DNA of 64,000 nucleotides from Macrostomum lignano (taxonomy: Eukaryota): NCBI GenBank assembly GCA_002269645.1, contig NIVC01000781.1, positions 142,491-206,490 on the forward strand, read 5' to 3'. Numbering within the stretch: the stretch's first letter is position 1; each line of letters starts with the position of its first letter. Below are positions 11,601-29,279 of the stretch, piece after piece. The position numbers and the translations under genes are program-made. The notes below the pieces were generated by a model, which searched no databases, was not told the origin of the DNA, and worked only from the letters and a program-made list of their open reading frames with translations.

Positions 11601-14600
11601 AATGGACAAAACTAGCAGATAAATTGACTATGTTATACTCTACATAGGCAAGCATTTAGTTTCCTGCTCTAAACAGTTTTCTTTCAAAATTATTGTCTAG
11701 CATTTTTAGATTAGCAACTTAGCAACCTATTTATATATTCCCAACTTTAAAAAATTACCTAGCAAAATAATAGCAATGTGACTTACTTTTTCACCAAAAA
11801 AATAATTTATCTATAAAAAATCCTAAGCAAAAATTTATTAATTTATTGCTATGATAAATAGCAATAGCTATGACTATAATTAACACAAGTGCCTCATTGT
11901 CTAATTGGTATTATATCTATAATTTCTTGGGTTGGTATTTTTATAATAACTTTACTAGACCTCTTACCATTTGGAAAGATTGGCTAGGTTGCTAGGTGCT
12001 AGGCATATATAAACCTGTTTCACTTTCCTGTTTTGGACTACTACTTTGTGACTTTTTGACTTTTGAATTTTTAGTTTTTATTTGTGACTTTAATATTTTT
12101 ATTGAAAAGAGTTTTAAAAAATCAGGAATAATTTAGAGTAAGACACCAAATGATTACCCTTTATGTATACTACATTAACTATAGAGTGTATAGTAGTAAA
12201 AACATTATAAGTACAAATATATAGCCCTATTTTGCAAAAAGTATAGTAGATTGAATACTCTAGATGAATTAAAGTTAGAAAAATAGAAAAAATATTTGGT
12301 TTGAATTGGTCAAATTTAGTTTGTAGTGTAAATTATTCATTTAATTGCTCATAAAAATAATTTAAAGTCTTGCTAATTACTTTTCTATGCATGTAATATT
12401 TAATTACTATACATACTCTAAAAATGCACCCATACCAAAAAAACACTAATTCAAATTGTCAGTTCAATTAGGTTTTTAGAATCCAGTCTATTTCGGCGAC
12501 AAGTCATTTCGGCAACAACCATTTTGGCGACAAGTCATTTCGGCGACAACCACTTTGGCGACAAACATCGAAACCGCAGTAATAATGGATCTGATAGTGT
12601 TTGCTTATTGAGTATGTAATGTATTTGATTGTTCTACTTCAATCAACCTCACCTGTCTTACTTATAAGTAGCATCGTTTGCCGTCACCAATATTTTATAA
12701 CTAACTCTCGTTCTCTGCACTTTTCTTGTTTACATGTTTACAAATAAAAGTCTTTTACTTTTAATCTTACTTTTAATCTTTTACTTACATTTGTTGCCGA
12801 TTTGTTCCGCGCTTCTGCCGATTTGACGGATTTGTGACTTCTTTTATTCAATTTAAATAAAAGTAAAAAAATATATAAATAAAATAAATTTGTTCCACGA
12901 CTTCAAAAGTATTGTCGCCGAAATGGTTGTCACCGAAATGACTTGTCGCCGAAATGGTTGTCGCCGTAATGGACTGTTTCCGGTTTTTATACCATAAAGT
13001 TCTATTATTGCTTTGTCCAAAAGGACCTGTGTTAGATACCTAGTATTATAATAGTAAATTATAATGATATATTGAATAGATATAAAATTCAATATATCTT
13101 CTTGCAATTAAGTCCCTGACCCTGCCCCTCTTTGCTTAAAAATGCCAGTGCTTTTTCCCCCATATAACACATATATCTGGGCATTTCCGCCAAATAGGGA
13201 CACAAATTGTGTCCGAGTGTGCAAAGAAGAAGAAAAATGTTGAAAACAGGAAATCTAACTAGAATTTGTTATTAAATTTCTTTTTTTATCTTGTAGAAGC
13301 ACAAGAAATTTTCTGGTAACAATAAAAGTTGCCGATAAAAGTTATACTGATATAAGAAGACGATTAATACCGTAGGAGAATAAAATTTTATATTGAGGCG
13401 TAATTGCTTGCTTATAATTAACTTTCTTTCAGTCAATAATTTTTTAATTGTTTCTTAATGCTTTTAATCAACTTTTTAATTCAGATTTTGTTATTTTTGC
13501 GCATAAGTTCATACGATATTTTTTAACTTTGTCAAAATGTTTTTTTCTGCGCGATATACCGAACGTAAATCTCTAATTTTACTTTTCAGTAACTAGCCGA
13601 TCACCGTAATTATTCAGAAGTTCCAGTGCAACTTTGCAAGCAGCAAGAAATGCATATGCTTCCACAATCTAGAGAAAGTTTTTCTGAAGCAATATTACAA
13701 GTAAATGTGGGGAAAATTGATTTAATACTATGTAAATTACTATCTACATACTATAGTGCAAAATGTAAATTACATTTTTATTGATAAATAAACAAGAAAT
13801 TAATGTGAAACTGTTTTATTTTCCAGCTTTTATACCTAATGATAGTCTTGTAAGACTGATTTTGAGAAAAAAACTAGCAAAAATAAAATAAAGGGTACAA
13901 CATGAAAATACATCTCGTGTAAGTAGTGTGCTTACTACATTTAAATGTTAATATTTAAGGTATTTTGACAGATTACGGTTCAGCAGACCACTTTTTGTGA
14001 AGCTCTGTATGTCGGCAATCCATAAATATATTGTTTTCAGCTGATAAAAAGCACTAAAAAAAATTATTGGGTACAACATGAGTACAATCTTGTGGTTAAG
14101 ATGTCACATCGAAAAAAATTAATGTCTTAGAAAAATGTATTAAGCAAATTCTATTGCTAAAAAATATACTGATACATCATCGCAAAGATGTTTTCCTTCA
14201 TTTAAGCTAAAAAACGTGAAGATTGAAAGCCTTATGAGTAAATGAGAGGGTACAACATGAGTACAAATGATGCAAAAACTTACCGTTTATACTTTTTGGT
14301 ATAGCAAGAAAACTGATAAAAATCAATGACTTCTTGCAGGTTTTGTGACGAAAAGGAATGATTTTAACAAAGTTTAATGTGTTTTTTTTCATGAAACAAA
14401 GAGAATTACTATAAGGAATGTTTTCTTCGCTCTTTTATTCAATGTTGAAGTTAAAAATTGTGTGTTTGGACATCCAAAAAAGTGGCGTCTACGTAAGTTT
14501 AAAATGGTTTTTCAACATTAATTTTGCTGATTAACAATCTTCAAATAGCTTTAAATTGAGCAAAAGTGGTTGTATTTTTCAGTTTAAGTCCTTGTTTGAC

Positions 14601-15468
14601 TTCAATTAGCTGGCTTAAGCTACAATTCATCATTTTCTGTTTGTTGAAGTGTAATTTTCCGATAGTGCCTAATTGGCGGAAATGCCCATCTGTTTCTCAA
14701 CATGTTTCAATATTTTTCTAATCACAAACACTTATGCCTACCTAAATCTATGTTTCAAGCCTTCTATTTTTGGTTATTTCCTTCTTCTAAAAAATCCCTC
14801 ATCTTTAATTAATACCTAATAATTACCCACAATCCTTACATTTGATATCTTAACTTGCTTCTTTTTTAATTCTTTACTTATATACTTTTTGATTTGAAGT
14901 TTTAAATAGGCACTCCTTCAAATACTATATTATTGCAAAACTTATACTCTTGAATTATTACTAAATACACTGACATATACTGGCCAAACAGGCTTCTTGC
15001 CTGAGCCAACTTATTACTACTACTAAAAAGTAATTTGACTGTCCTCATAATTACTATTCTACAAATACAGGCAAAAAGGCAGCACAGCAGAAAAATTGAC
15101 TGGATACCTTAGTAAATGGCATGTATATACAACATGGAAGAATTTTATAGTAGACTTGCATAAAAAGACTTGAGTTCAAACTTCAAAATTAAATAATGAA
15201 GAACAGTTTTTACTTTTTGACTTACAGTTACACATTTTGATATGATATTCGAAAAAAAATTTTTACTACTTTCGAAGCGACGAGAAGCTTAATTTTTCAT
15301 GATATTATAAAACTTTTCTTTAAGGTTGGTACAAAAGATTTAGTGCATTCAATACTTACCTCGGCTGGAAGACAGAATCATATCAGGAAATTCAGCATTC
15401 GTTGCGATTTGGGTAACCCATCCATTATGGCCTGTCAATGAACCTTTAAAAGTTAGGTGCTCAGCCAT
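8654..15468 (-). CDS. RACK1: Receptor for activated C kinase 1 (WD40, 40S-associated); exons 15468-15360, 10637-10225, 9091-8654
   Basis: Exon 1 hand-translated [36 protein letters not shown]. It joins in phase to DKSLIMWDL...[29 protein letters not shown] and [39 protein letters not shown]. All introns are GT-AG. Confidence 0.97.
9170..10095. repeat. 22-bp intronic minisatellite (TATCTCTCTCTACCCTGACTTC)n
   Basis: Period 22; fills RACK1 intron 2. Confidence 0.95.
11027..11325. mobile_element. hAT-like MITE, 299 bp
   Basis: 14-bp perfect TIR CATACATGCGCAAC; 8-bp TSD TATACATT (11019-11026 / 11326-11333); subterminal TCGGCCGA motifs. Confidence 0.85.
12479..12981. mobile_element. Foldback-type non-autonomous element with inverted arrays of 15-bp subrepeats (ATTTCGGCGACAACC-like)
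   Basis: Inverted subterminal arrays at ~12490-12565 and ~12912-12970; flanking direct repeat GGTTTTTA (12471-12478 / 12982-12989). Confidence 0.7.
13179..14687. mobile_element. Non-autonomous TIR element, 1.5 kb, 4-bp TSD (Sola-like, superfamily uncertain)
   Basis: TIR GGGCATTTCCGCCAA(A/T)TAGG at both ends; ATCT duplicated at 13175-13178 / 14688-14691. Confidence 0.7.
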
Positions 15469-15490
15469 TGCCTAATTGGGTGAATCGTTC

Positions 15491-15503
15491 GAAAGAGAGA
15501 AGA
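15491..15503 (-). promoter_or_regulatory. Candidate TCT initiator / 5'TOP tract of RACK1
   Basis: Minus-strand TCTTCTCTCTTTC ending 23 nt upstream of the RACK1 ATG; typical of ribosomal-protein gene starts. Confidence 0.55.
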
Positions 15504-16075
15504 CACCTAGTCAATACACCTTAGGTTTTGCTATTGTCGGTAGCAAAGAAGAAAATTTTGCGCACACGGTTTTAGGGCAGAATTCAAAAGTTAGTAAATA
15601 TTTAAGGTTTAAGGTGTTTAAGTTTAAAAAAACAAATTCAATGTTTTTATTACTTTTTATAATTTACATCTATGCGTTGAGGTTCTTTTTTTGAGAAATA
15701 TGTACTTAAGTTTTGTTATTTCTTCCTAACCAATAATAAAACAAAAATTACAACCGCAAAAAGACTTGTTTTTTAATTTTATTCATTAGCTTACATGCTA
15801 TAGATATAAAAATAGGTAATTATACAAATCTTAATTACTTGATTTTCTTGGCCTTTTTAATTTTAATTGTCGTGGTCTCAGTAAAAATTCACAGCTAGAT
15901 TGCATTGTTGGTTTTGCGTTGTGGCCTGGCTGTGAAGTAAATCCACGATACAAACAACGTTCTTTTGCCTTAAGTGTTACTGTATCCATATTAGTTTTAA
16001 ATTAATAAACATCTTTTTCCACTAGGTATTATATTGTTTAAGAGACTTTCTGGACCATTTCTGTGTATTGACACA

Positions 16076-22133
<6,058 letters not shown>

Positions 22134-23039
22134 GGCTGCAATAAAAAATCGCAAATCAAAATTGCAAACGCATCTTACACTACTAGCTAGTACTACTTAG
22201 TGGACAGACGATGCAATACTAAGATCGATCAAAGCGCTTCTTTGCCAAGCCATGATGTCACGTTTTTTATTGTTGTACATTTGTGTTCTATAACTGTTAG
22301 AGCCCTCAACTGTAGTTCTAGCACAATAGGATAATTTATACACATTCTGCTGTTGTTATATAACTTAATATTTATCCATGAATTTTTCTGATCCCTAGCC
22401 CTTTTATTTTATTAGAACTTTTGTAAGGTCTACAGACTCTTAAGTTATAAAGTTAATATAGTTGATCTCTCTCTTGCACCAATTATACTACTAGGCTAAT
22501 TTTAGTAGCAAAGTTGGCCAATTGGCGTTATTTTCTGTCACTCGGTGTGAAATCGTACATTTGAAATATTAAATTTGTGTGCATGTTGTTTGTCCGATTT
22601 TAAGTGTCAGCGTCACTTTCTAGTTATTTTTAGGCTACTCTCGTGTTTATTTGCAATATTATTCAATTTTCTGACTAGCTCATTTTTACTTTAGTTAATT
22701 AATTAGCTGCTCTGGAATAGGAGATTTGGAGATAAATTATTTTTATTGTTAAAACCGTTTTTGATCACAGGCTTTTTGTGTGCTGCACTTTGATATGTTT
22801 ATTTATTTAATATATACTTATATGTACTTTTCGTTTTCATAATTTTGTACTCAATGCTCGGTTAATCATTTTTAACAAATAAACCCTATAATTTGCTTCT
22901 TCTAACTTAACAGGCCGCTTTGCACGTTGCCTGTTTTAAAATATCTGGCCTTTATCTTTGCCGTTTTTTTAAAACTTTTGATAAATCAATGTTCAAAAAT
23001 TGATCGACAGGGATAGAGAGACAGACAGATAAATGCTTA

Positions 23040-23765
23040 AATACATAGATAGATGGATACTTACATAGATAGATAGATGGATAGTTAGATAGATAGATTA
23101 ATAGATGGATAGTTAGATAGGTAGGTAGATTGATAGATGGATAGTCAGATAAGTAAATTAATAGATGGATAGTTAGATAGGTAGGTAGATTAATAGATTG
23201 ATAGATGGATAGTTAGATAGGTAGGTAGATTGATAGATGGATAGTCAAATAGGTAGATTTTAATAGATTGATAGTTAGATAGGTAGGTAGATTGATAGAT
23301 GGATAGTTAGATAGGCACGTAGATTGATAGATGGATAGTTAGATAGATAGATGGATAGTTAGATAGGTAGGTAGATTGATAGATGGATAGTCAAATAGGT
23401 AGATTTTAATAGATGGATAGTTAGATAGGTAGGTAGATTGATAGATGGATAGTCAAATAGGTAGATTTTAATAGATTGATAGTTAGATAGGTAGGTAGAT
23501 TGATAGATGGATAGTAAGATAGGTAGGTAGATTAATAGATGGATAGTTAGATAGGTAGGTAGATTAATAGATTGATAGATGGATAGTTAGATAGGTAGGT
23601 AGATTGATAGATGGATAGTCAAATAGGTAGATTTTAATAGATTGATAGTTAGATAGGTAGGTAGATTGATAGATGGATAGTAAGATAGGTAGGTAGATTA
23701 ATAGATGGATAGTTAGATAGGTAGGTAGATTGATAGATGGATAGTTAGATAGGTAGGTAGATAGG
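23040..23765. repeat. GATA/GGTA-derived compound satellite (ATAGATGGATAGTTAGATAGGTAGGTAGATTG-like)
   Basis: Direct tandem periodicity. Confidence 0.9.
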
Positions 23766-23899
23766 TTTTTTATAAACCAGAAATGTGCGCCTTTTGTAGA
23801 AACTATCTTTAACATTTTCATGCGTCAATCACGGCTTCTGTTGTAATATTGTAATAAAGGAATCAAAACTTCCCCAAAACAGCTTTCCCTCAGCAGGCC

Positions 23900-25856
23900 A
23901 TGGAGCCAGCAGAGATAGAGTTTTTGGCCGAGAATGAGCTGATCGAAATCGTTCCAAATTTTCATCACGGTCCCATGCACCTGCTGTGCGGCACATTTGG
24001 CCCATTCGAACCAGCCGTCCAAATGCAGGTTGGTTTGTTAAGTGTTGTCTAGATACAAGCATTTTGTGCGAATATCTATACACTAGTGGTAGCTGTCTGG
24101 ACATTGTGCGAGTATCTAGTGAAGTAGAACGCTGTTTGCTTCCCGGTTGGCGCCCTCAGGTTAACCTAAATCTCGGGCTCTTCTGTGGGAAGTCTTCTTA
24201 GCTCTCAGTAGCGTAGGTAGTGCTGCCAACAGTTCCTTCAGGTCTCGGCCTTCGGTAAGGTGAGCTTTCCGTCGGAACGAAATAAACAAGTCAACGAACT
24301 CAGCACAGCGTGCAGATTTGCAGATTAATGAACAAGGCGTCCTGGTCAGCAGATCCCGCCGGGCTCAGGGGGTGGCTGGGAAGGCAGTTCTAGCCTCCCT
24401 TAGGCTTGGGCGTCTAAGTTTAGTCAGGCCAATTACAGATAGCTTAAATGGGCAACTGAACGAAGTCTGGAAAACTATACTAAAGAAGCACAATAATAAG
24501 AAGAAAGACTAAGAAGACAAATACGACAACTAGGAGACTCCTTGACTGAACCAAGGGTGAGGGGCACGTATTTATAGGCAGGAAATCCCGCTGCGCCAGT
24601 GTACGCCGGACCTCGTGACTGTTCTATTTTTAGAACTGACGTCACCCTCCGCCTTAGAAAAGGCAGGGTCTGCGGGTAAAGTGCACAGGGCCGCATGACT
24701 CAGTATCTATTTTTAGAAACATGAGTCACCTATTACCTTAGATAAGGCAAGGGCCCCGAAGCACGTGATTCCTCCTGTAAACACGGGCCAACGAGTGCAG
24801 TAAACATGTTTAACTGCACTTTAGGACTTCGAGAAAACAAGACTTGTCAGGTGACTTGCTCACATGACAAGGGAAACGGGCCGCCAGCGTGACCTCAGGA
24901 CAGGAACGAACCGCAGAGCAGGCCACAGCAGAGAAGCTCGTGGCTGCAAGCAAGAGCGCAGAGAAGAGGGGGGCGCCAGAGAACAGGCAGCAAAAGGGGA
25001 GGGAGGCTGCCCAGCGGCAGACAGCAACCCAGGGCAAGGGCGAGGACCAAGGAAGCTGCTGACAAAAGTGCGACGCCTGACACCAAACTAGCGGATCACT
25101 ACACTAGATACTAGTGGTAGCTGTCTGGACATTGTGCGAGTATCTAGACACTAGTGGTAGCTGTGTGGACATTTTGCGAGTATCTAGACACTATTGGTAG
25201 CTGTGTGGACATTGCGCGAGTATCTAGACACTAGTGATAGCTGTGTGGACATTGTACGAGTATCTGGATACTAGTGGTAGCTGTCTGCAAGTGCCTCATC
25301 CCACCTGCGTACCTGCCCCAAGGTACCGCTATGGCTGGCCCTGGCCCTTCGCACCAAGCAGCGCTGCAGGATCACGCCGCCAGACTGGCTCTCCGTTGAG
25401 TCCCTCGCCGAGCTGAAAGAACGCGAAGAATCCGAACAATTATTCACCCCGGTGTCGAGTCCGCATTTCCGAGAAATTGCTTCACTGTTGCTGCAACACG
25501 CCCCGGAAGATGTGCCGCATTCCGAGCGGGTCCGAGGCCTGATCAAGGATATCTGGGATTTGAGGATGAGCAAACTGCGCCTGAGTTTTCAGTTGTTTCT
25601 TAATAGCGACGCCGCATCGGCCAGGCTGACGCATCTCACTAGGATGGAGATCTACACAATGCGCGCGTTTTTAACCAAATCGCTGGATCAGGTGTTCAAG
25701 CTGCGGCATTCGGATAAAACTGTGCCAGCCCTGGCCGCTGAACAGGTTGCTGCCAGCAATGCCAGGACCAGGCGGGCTGCTGCTGCGGCTGCTGCTGCTT
25801 CTGCTGCTTCTTCTAGTAGGGGCGGAGCTGCCGGATCTTCCGGTGTGTCACAATGA
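23900..25856 (+). CDS. GINS2: DNA replication complex GINS subunit Psf2; exons 23900-24028 and 25323-25856
   Basis: MEPAEIEFLAENELIEIVPNFHHGPMHLLCGTFGPFEPAVQMQ|VPLWLALALRTKQRCRITPPDWLSVESL...IKDIWDLRMSKLR...LTRMEI matches the Psf2 pattern; GT-AG intron in phase 0. Confidence 0.93.
24120..25103. mobile_element. Solo LTR (984 bp), Ty3/Gypsy-like, in the GINS2 intron
   Basis: TGAAGT...CACTACA termini; 4-bp TSD CTAG (24116-24119 / 25104-25107); interrupts a 40-bp minisatellite. Confidence 0.75.
25104..25290. repeat. 40-bp minisatellite (CTAGACACTAGTGGTAGCTGTGTGGACATTTTGCGAGTAT)n; also at ~24050-24119
   Basis: Same unit on both sides of the solo LTR. Confidence 0.85.
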
Positions 25857-26884
25857 TCAACTGCTGCTGGCTTACTATTAATAGTAGTTTATTAAGTAGC
25901 TGAGCGTTTGTATTTTTGTGTTTGTAAAGTACATTTTCCAGTTTCTTTATCAACGCGACAAATGCTTATTTAACCCGCTGAAAAGGTTACCGTGACAAGA
26001 ATCGCTAGAGAGTCATTGCAAAAAATTCTCTAGTGACTCCATAGCTACTGCGGGGCGACTCCTGTGACTTTTTAGCGACTCAAACGACTGTTGAGTCACG
26101 AGCGCATCACGTGAGTTGCAGAATGATAAAAGAGTCTTAAAGAAGACGTCCAAGAGTCATTGCGTTAGCGGCGTTAGCGCTTAACTTTCTACTAATTCGT
26201 TTGACACGCGATTCTGATTCATAAAGTGGCGCAGATGCGCTTTAGACGCAACTCAGTGATTCTGCAGCGACTCCAGCACGTCTCAGCTATGACTCTACGG
26301 CCCCAGAGTCTTTGGCTCTTTGACGACTTTTACCGTGACATCTCGTCGGTTTAGAGTCGTCTAAGAATCACTTCCTTCCAGGTTTTACCTGTGTTAGCAG
26401 CAGCGACTCTTGGTGACGCAAGTGACTCGGGATGGTCTAAAGTAGGTACAGTTTTCATCGGTTGGTCTCGTATTTATTGTGCAATAATTCTATTAAAACA
26501 TGCATTTTGTATTTACTTATTAATAAAACGCCTGATTAAATTTACTGTTACCTTTGTTCCATGGCAAATTGTAATAAAGAAAAACTGCAGATATTAATTT
26601 ATTATTTGTTATTGCTCAGACAATAGAGGCCCGTAGACAAGAAAGTAAGGATTGATTGAAATCGGTTAATACTGCGAGCGTAGTAGCTCTGCCAATGAAA
26701 TATTGCTACAAATGGATTTTAAATTGATTCTGAACCAACTACAAATTGGTTTGATACTAGTGGGTAATGCAAACCCGGCCTTTTCTGGAATTAATCAATC
26801 TAGTCTTTGAGCTTAATATCGGTTTATGCTCTATGTACATCATACTTGAGTAGAATGCATGAGGGGGCTTCTGGGACAAAATTT

Positions 26885-27360
26885 TCAACGTCCTCCATAA
26901 TCCCATTAAATCCATGTATATTATCCCCGACAGAATCAGAAAAAAAGGGGGGTCGCACTCGCTCACAAAACCTCCTCCATAATCCACCTAAATCCATCCA
27001 TATTATCCCTGACAGAATCAGAAAAAAGGGGGGGGGTCGCACTCGCTCACAAAACGTCCTCCATAATCCCATTAAATCCATGTATATTATCCCCGACAGA
27101 ATCAGAAAAAAAGGGGGGTCGCACTCGCTCACAAAACCTCCTCCATAATCCACCTAAATCCATCCATATTATCCCTGACAGAATCAGAAAAAAGGGGGGG
27201 GGGTCGCACTCGCTCACAAAACGTCCTCCATAATCCCATTAAATACATCCATATTATCCCTGACAGAATCTTGAAAAAGGGGAGGGGTCGCACTTGCTCT
27301 GAAAACTTCGAACATAATCCTATTAAATCCATCCATATTATCCCCGACAGAATCAGAGCA
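26885..27360. repeat. ~83-bp tandem repeat (about 6 copies, alternating variants) with G7-10 tracts, subterminal in Polinton A
   Basis: Unit starts at 26895, 26977, 27061, 27143, 27228, ~27312. Confidence 0.9.
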
Positions 27361-27566
27361 TAACAAGTGTCCACTGACACCTGTTATGCTCACTGACACT
27401 GACATAAATCCACTGACATTTACCCATAGCATCTTCGAAACAATCAGAAAATAATCTGCATTCTTCTCCCCACATTCAATCCGCAACGTGCTACCAGATC
27501 CCTAAGACTTTAAATAATCAGCACAGGGTCCTCACCCTTTGAAAAAAATTAAATTCTCAATAAAAA

Positions 27567-27806
27567 ATGTTTCCAGTTGTCTCTCCAGGTTCTTATTACA
27601 AAGCGCACGAGCCTAATTACAAGAGCAAGTACCAATGCAAACTTGAATGCAGCGAGTACATGAGAAAATATTGGCCTGGCATTGATATCAATGTCCCTAA
27701 TATTAATCTAGCTCTCCAAAGACACTGGTTTCATAAGTATGGAGTAACCTACGTAAAAGATTACGACAGCTACTATAACTTTGCAGAAATCATTAGGCAA
27801 TTGTAA
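27567..27806 (+). CDS. Polinton A hypothetical 79-aa protein
   Basis: ORF with the TAAAAAATG start context shared with other element genes. Confidence 0.5.
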   Translation: MFPVVSPGSYYKAHEPNYKSKYQCKLECSEYMRKYWPGIDINVPNINLALQRHWFHKYGVTYVKDYDSYYNFAEIIRQL

Positions 27807-27814
27807 TTCTTTTC

Positions 27815-28678
27815 TCACATTCTCTCAATGATCAACGTCAATACAAACTCTTCACCGTTGAAATCAACGCCCATCCCATCTTCAGTCTCAAACTGTAGCA
27901 CAATCTCGTGAATCTCCTTATTACTCAATACAACTCTTTTCACTGGATTTGGTTTCTCTACCACCATCTGTCCTCCAGCTACAGAGTTGGAGATGTTGTA
28001 CAAAATATTAGTTCGCTTTCCCTTAAATACCCAATCAAGACTGAGATTAGTTCTGATTAGAATATTCAAACCCTTTACAATGTCTGCTATATTGGGTGCT
28101 AAGAATAAACCGCGTACACTTTCCCGGGCCATGATAACGGCCCCCGTCGCTTGAGTGACAGTCCGCGCCGCGGATTCTGCATTATAAACTTTCTTCTCGA
28201 ATCCCAATTCCCTATACCAAGTGTCATCTTTAAACTCAACCTCCGCATCTTTGTGAACTTGCATGACCACTCTCATTACAGTGAGGTCATAGGTTAGTTT
28301 TACAGGGAACAGTTTTTTATCTGGCTTACTCGCATCAGGTGTCTCAAAATGGCCTCTTTTAGTAAAGACGTTTTCTAGAAAGTAATTGTAGGTATCCACA
28401 CTTTGCGTGCTAACAGGGAATACCACAGGTTCTGCTGCTGCACCTTTCCATTTGTAATAAAACTTATTATTTGCTGCCGTCACATTGGGAACGTTTGACC
28501 AACCAGTGAAGTCGTTAAGATAGACATGGTAATTAGCACCTGGATCCAGGCGAATCGCCTTCTCTAATTTTTGAATAAATATCCCGTTTGAGTCATTAAT
28601 TCGCCCAGTTATTGTAATAGGAATGCTCTCCTTGGAGTGCGAAATAATATTATTTAGTCTTTCAGCAATCGCTTCTAT
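27815..28678 (-). CDS. Polinton A penton/minor capsid protein (start codon appears mutated to ATA)
   Basis: Frame stays open upstream of the track ORF: (I)EAIAERLNNIISH...AIRLDPGANYHVYLNDFTGWSNVPNV. The C-terminus VDFNGEEFVLTLIIERM parallels B penton YDFDGEEIFINLHVRQI. Confidence 0.7.
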   Translation of the reverse strand: MEAIAERLNNIISHSKESIPITITGRINDSNGIFIQKLEKAIRLDPGANYHVYLNDFTGWSNVPNVTAANNKFYYKWKGAAAEPVVFPVSTQSVDTYNYFLENVFTKRGHFETPDASKPDKKLFPVKLTYDLTVMRVVMQVHKDAEVEFKDDTWYRELGFEKKVYNAESAARTVTQATGAVIMARESVRGLFLAPNIADIVKGLNILIRTNLSLDWVFKGKRTNILYNISNSVAGGQMVVEKPNPVKRVVLSNKEIHEIVLQFETEDGMGVDFNGEEFVLTLIIERM

Positions 28679-28698
28679 TTTTTGTCCTAAAAAAATAT

Positions 28699-29275
28699 TT
28701 AAACTTTACTGGATGAATTGTTGATCATGTTAAGCTTCACCTTCCTCTCAAATGCATAGATAATGTACAGGTCCACGGGTGTTGCGACAGTCCTCTCAAT
28801 GTTAGTCACGATATTCACAGGGCTGTTATCAGTAGGCATTTGTCTGGCAGACACATCAGCGCCAAACATTGGATATAGAGTTCCATATTGAAGAGCAGTG
28901 ATAGCAATTCCGTTGTTCTCTTTCACAGCCAAGTCGACCAACTCGCTGTAAAATTTGCTAATCTTGTTCTGACTGAAATCTCCATTTTGTGGCAGTGCAG
29001 GGTAAAGATTATCACTGATTTCATGCTGAATGGACCGCACGTCTCCATGCATGTAGCGTATAATGCTATTTGGGTTTCTCATATTAATAATGATATACCT
29101 TGGATTGCTGCATGATCCCTCTTTAATGCAGATGTTTGTTCTAGTTTCGTTTCGCTCATCTCGACACATGTAGGCCGTGTATGCAACATCAATTTCCTTC
29201 TCTATTGCCTTGAGATAATCCGCTTTTAGTGCGGTCTTTGGCTCAATGACTTCCAAATACACGATTCCGGTGTAG
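28699..29275 (-). pseudogene. Polinton A major capsid protein, C-terminal half only (5'-truncated)
   Basis: LYPALPQNGDFSQNKISKFYSEL...LYPMFGADVS matches the MCP C-terminal pattern and B MCP; no N-terminal half upstream. Confidence 0.65.
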
Positions 29276-29279
29276 CTTC

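Noticed and set aside
26682-26700. Definite left terminus of Polinton A
   Set aside because: AGTAGC only approximates the AGTAGT consensus, and the partner TIR and TSD are outside the window; kept as a candidate only.
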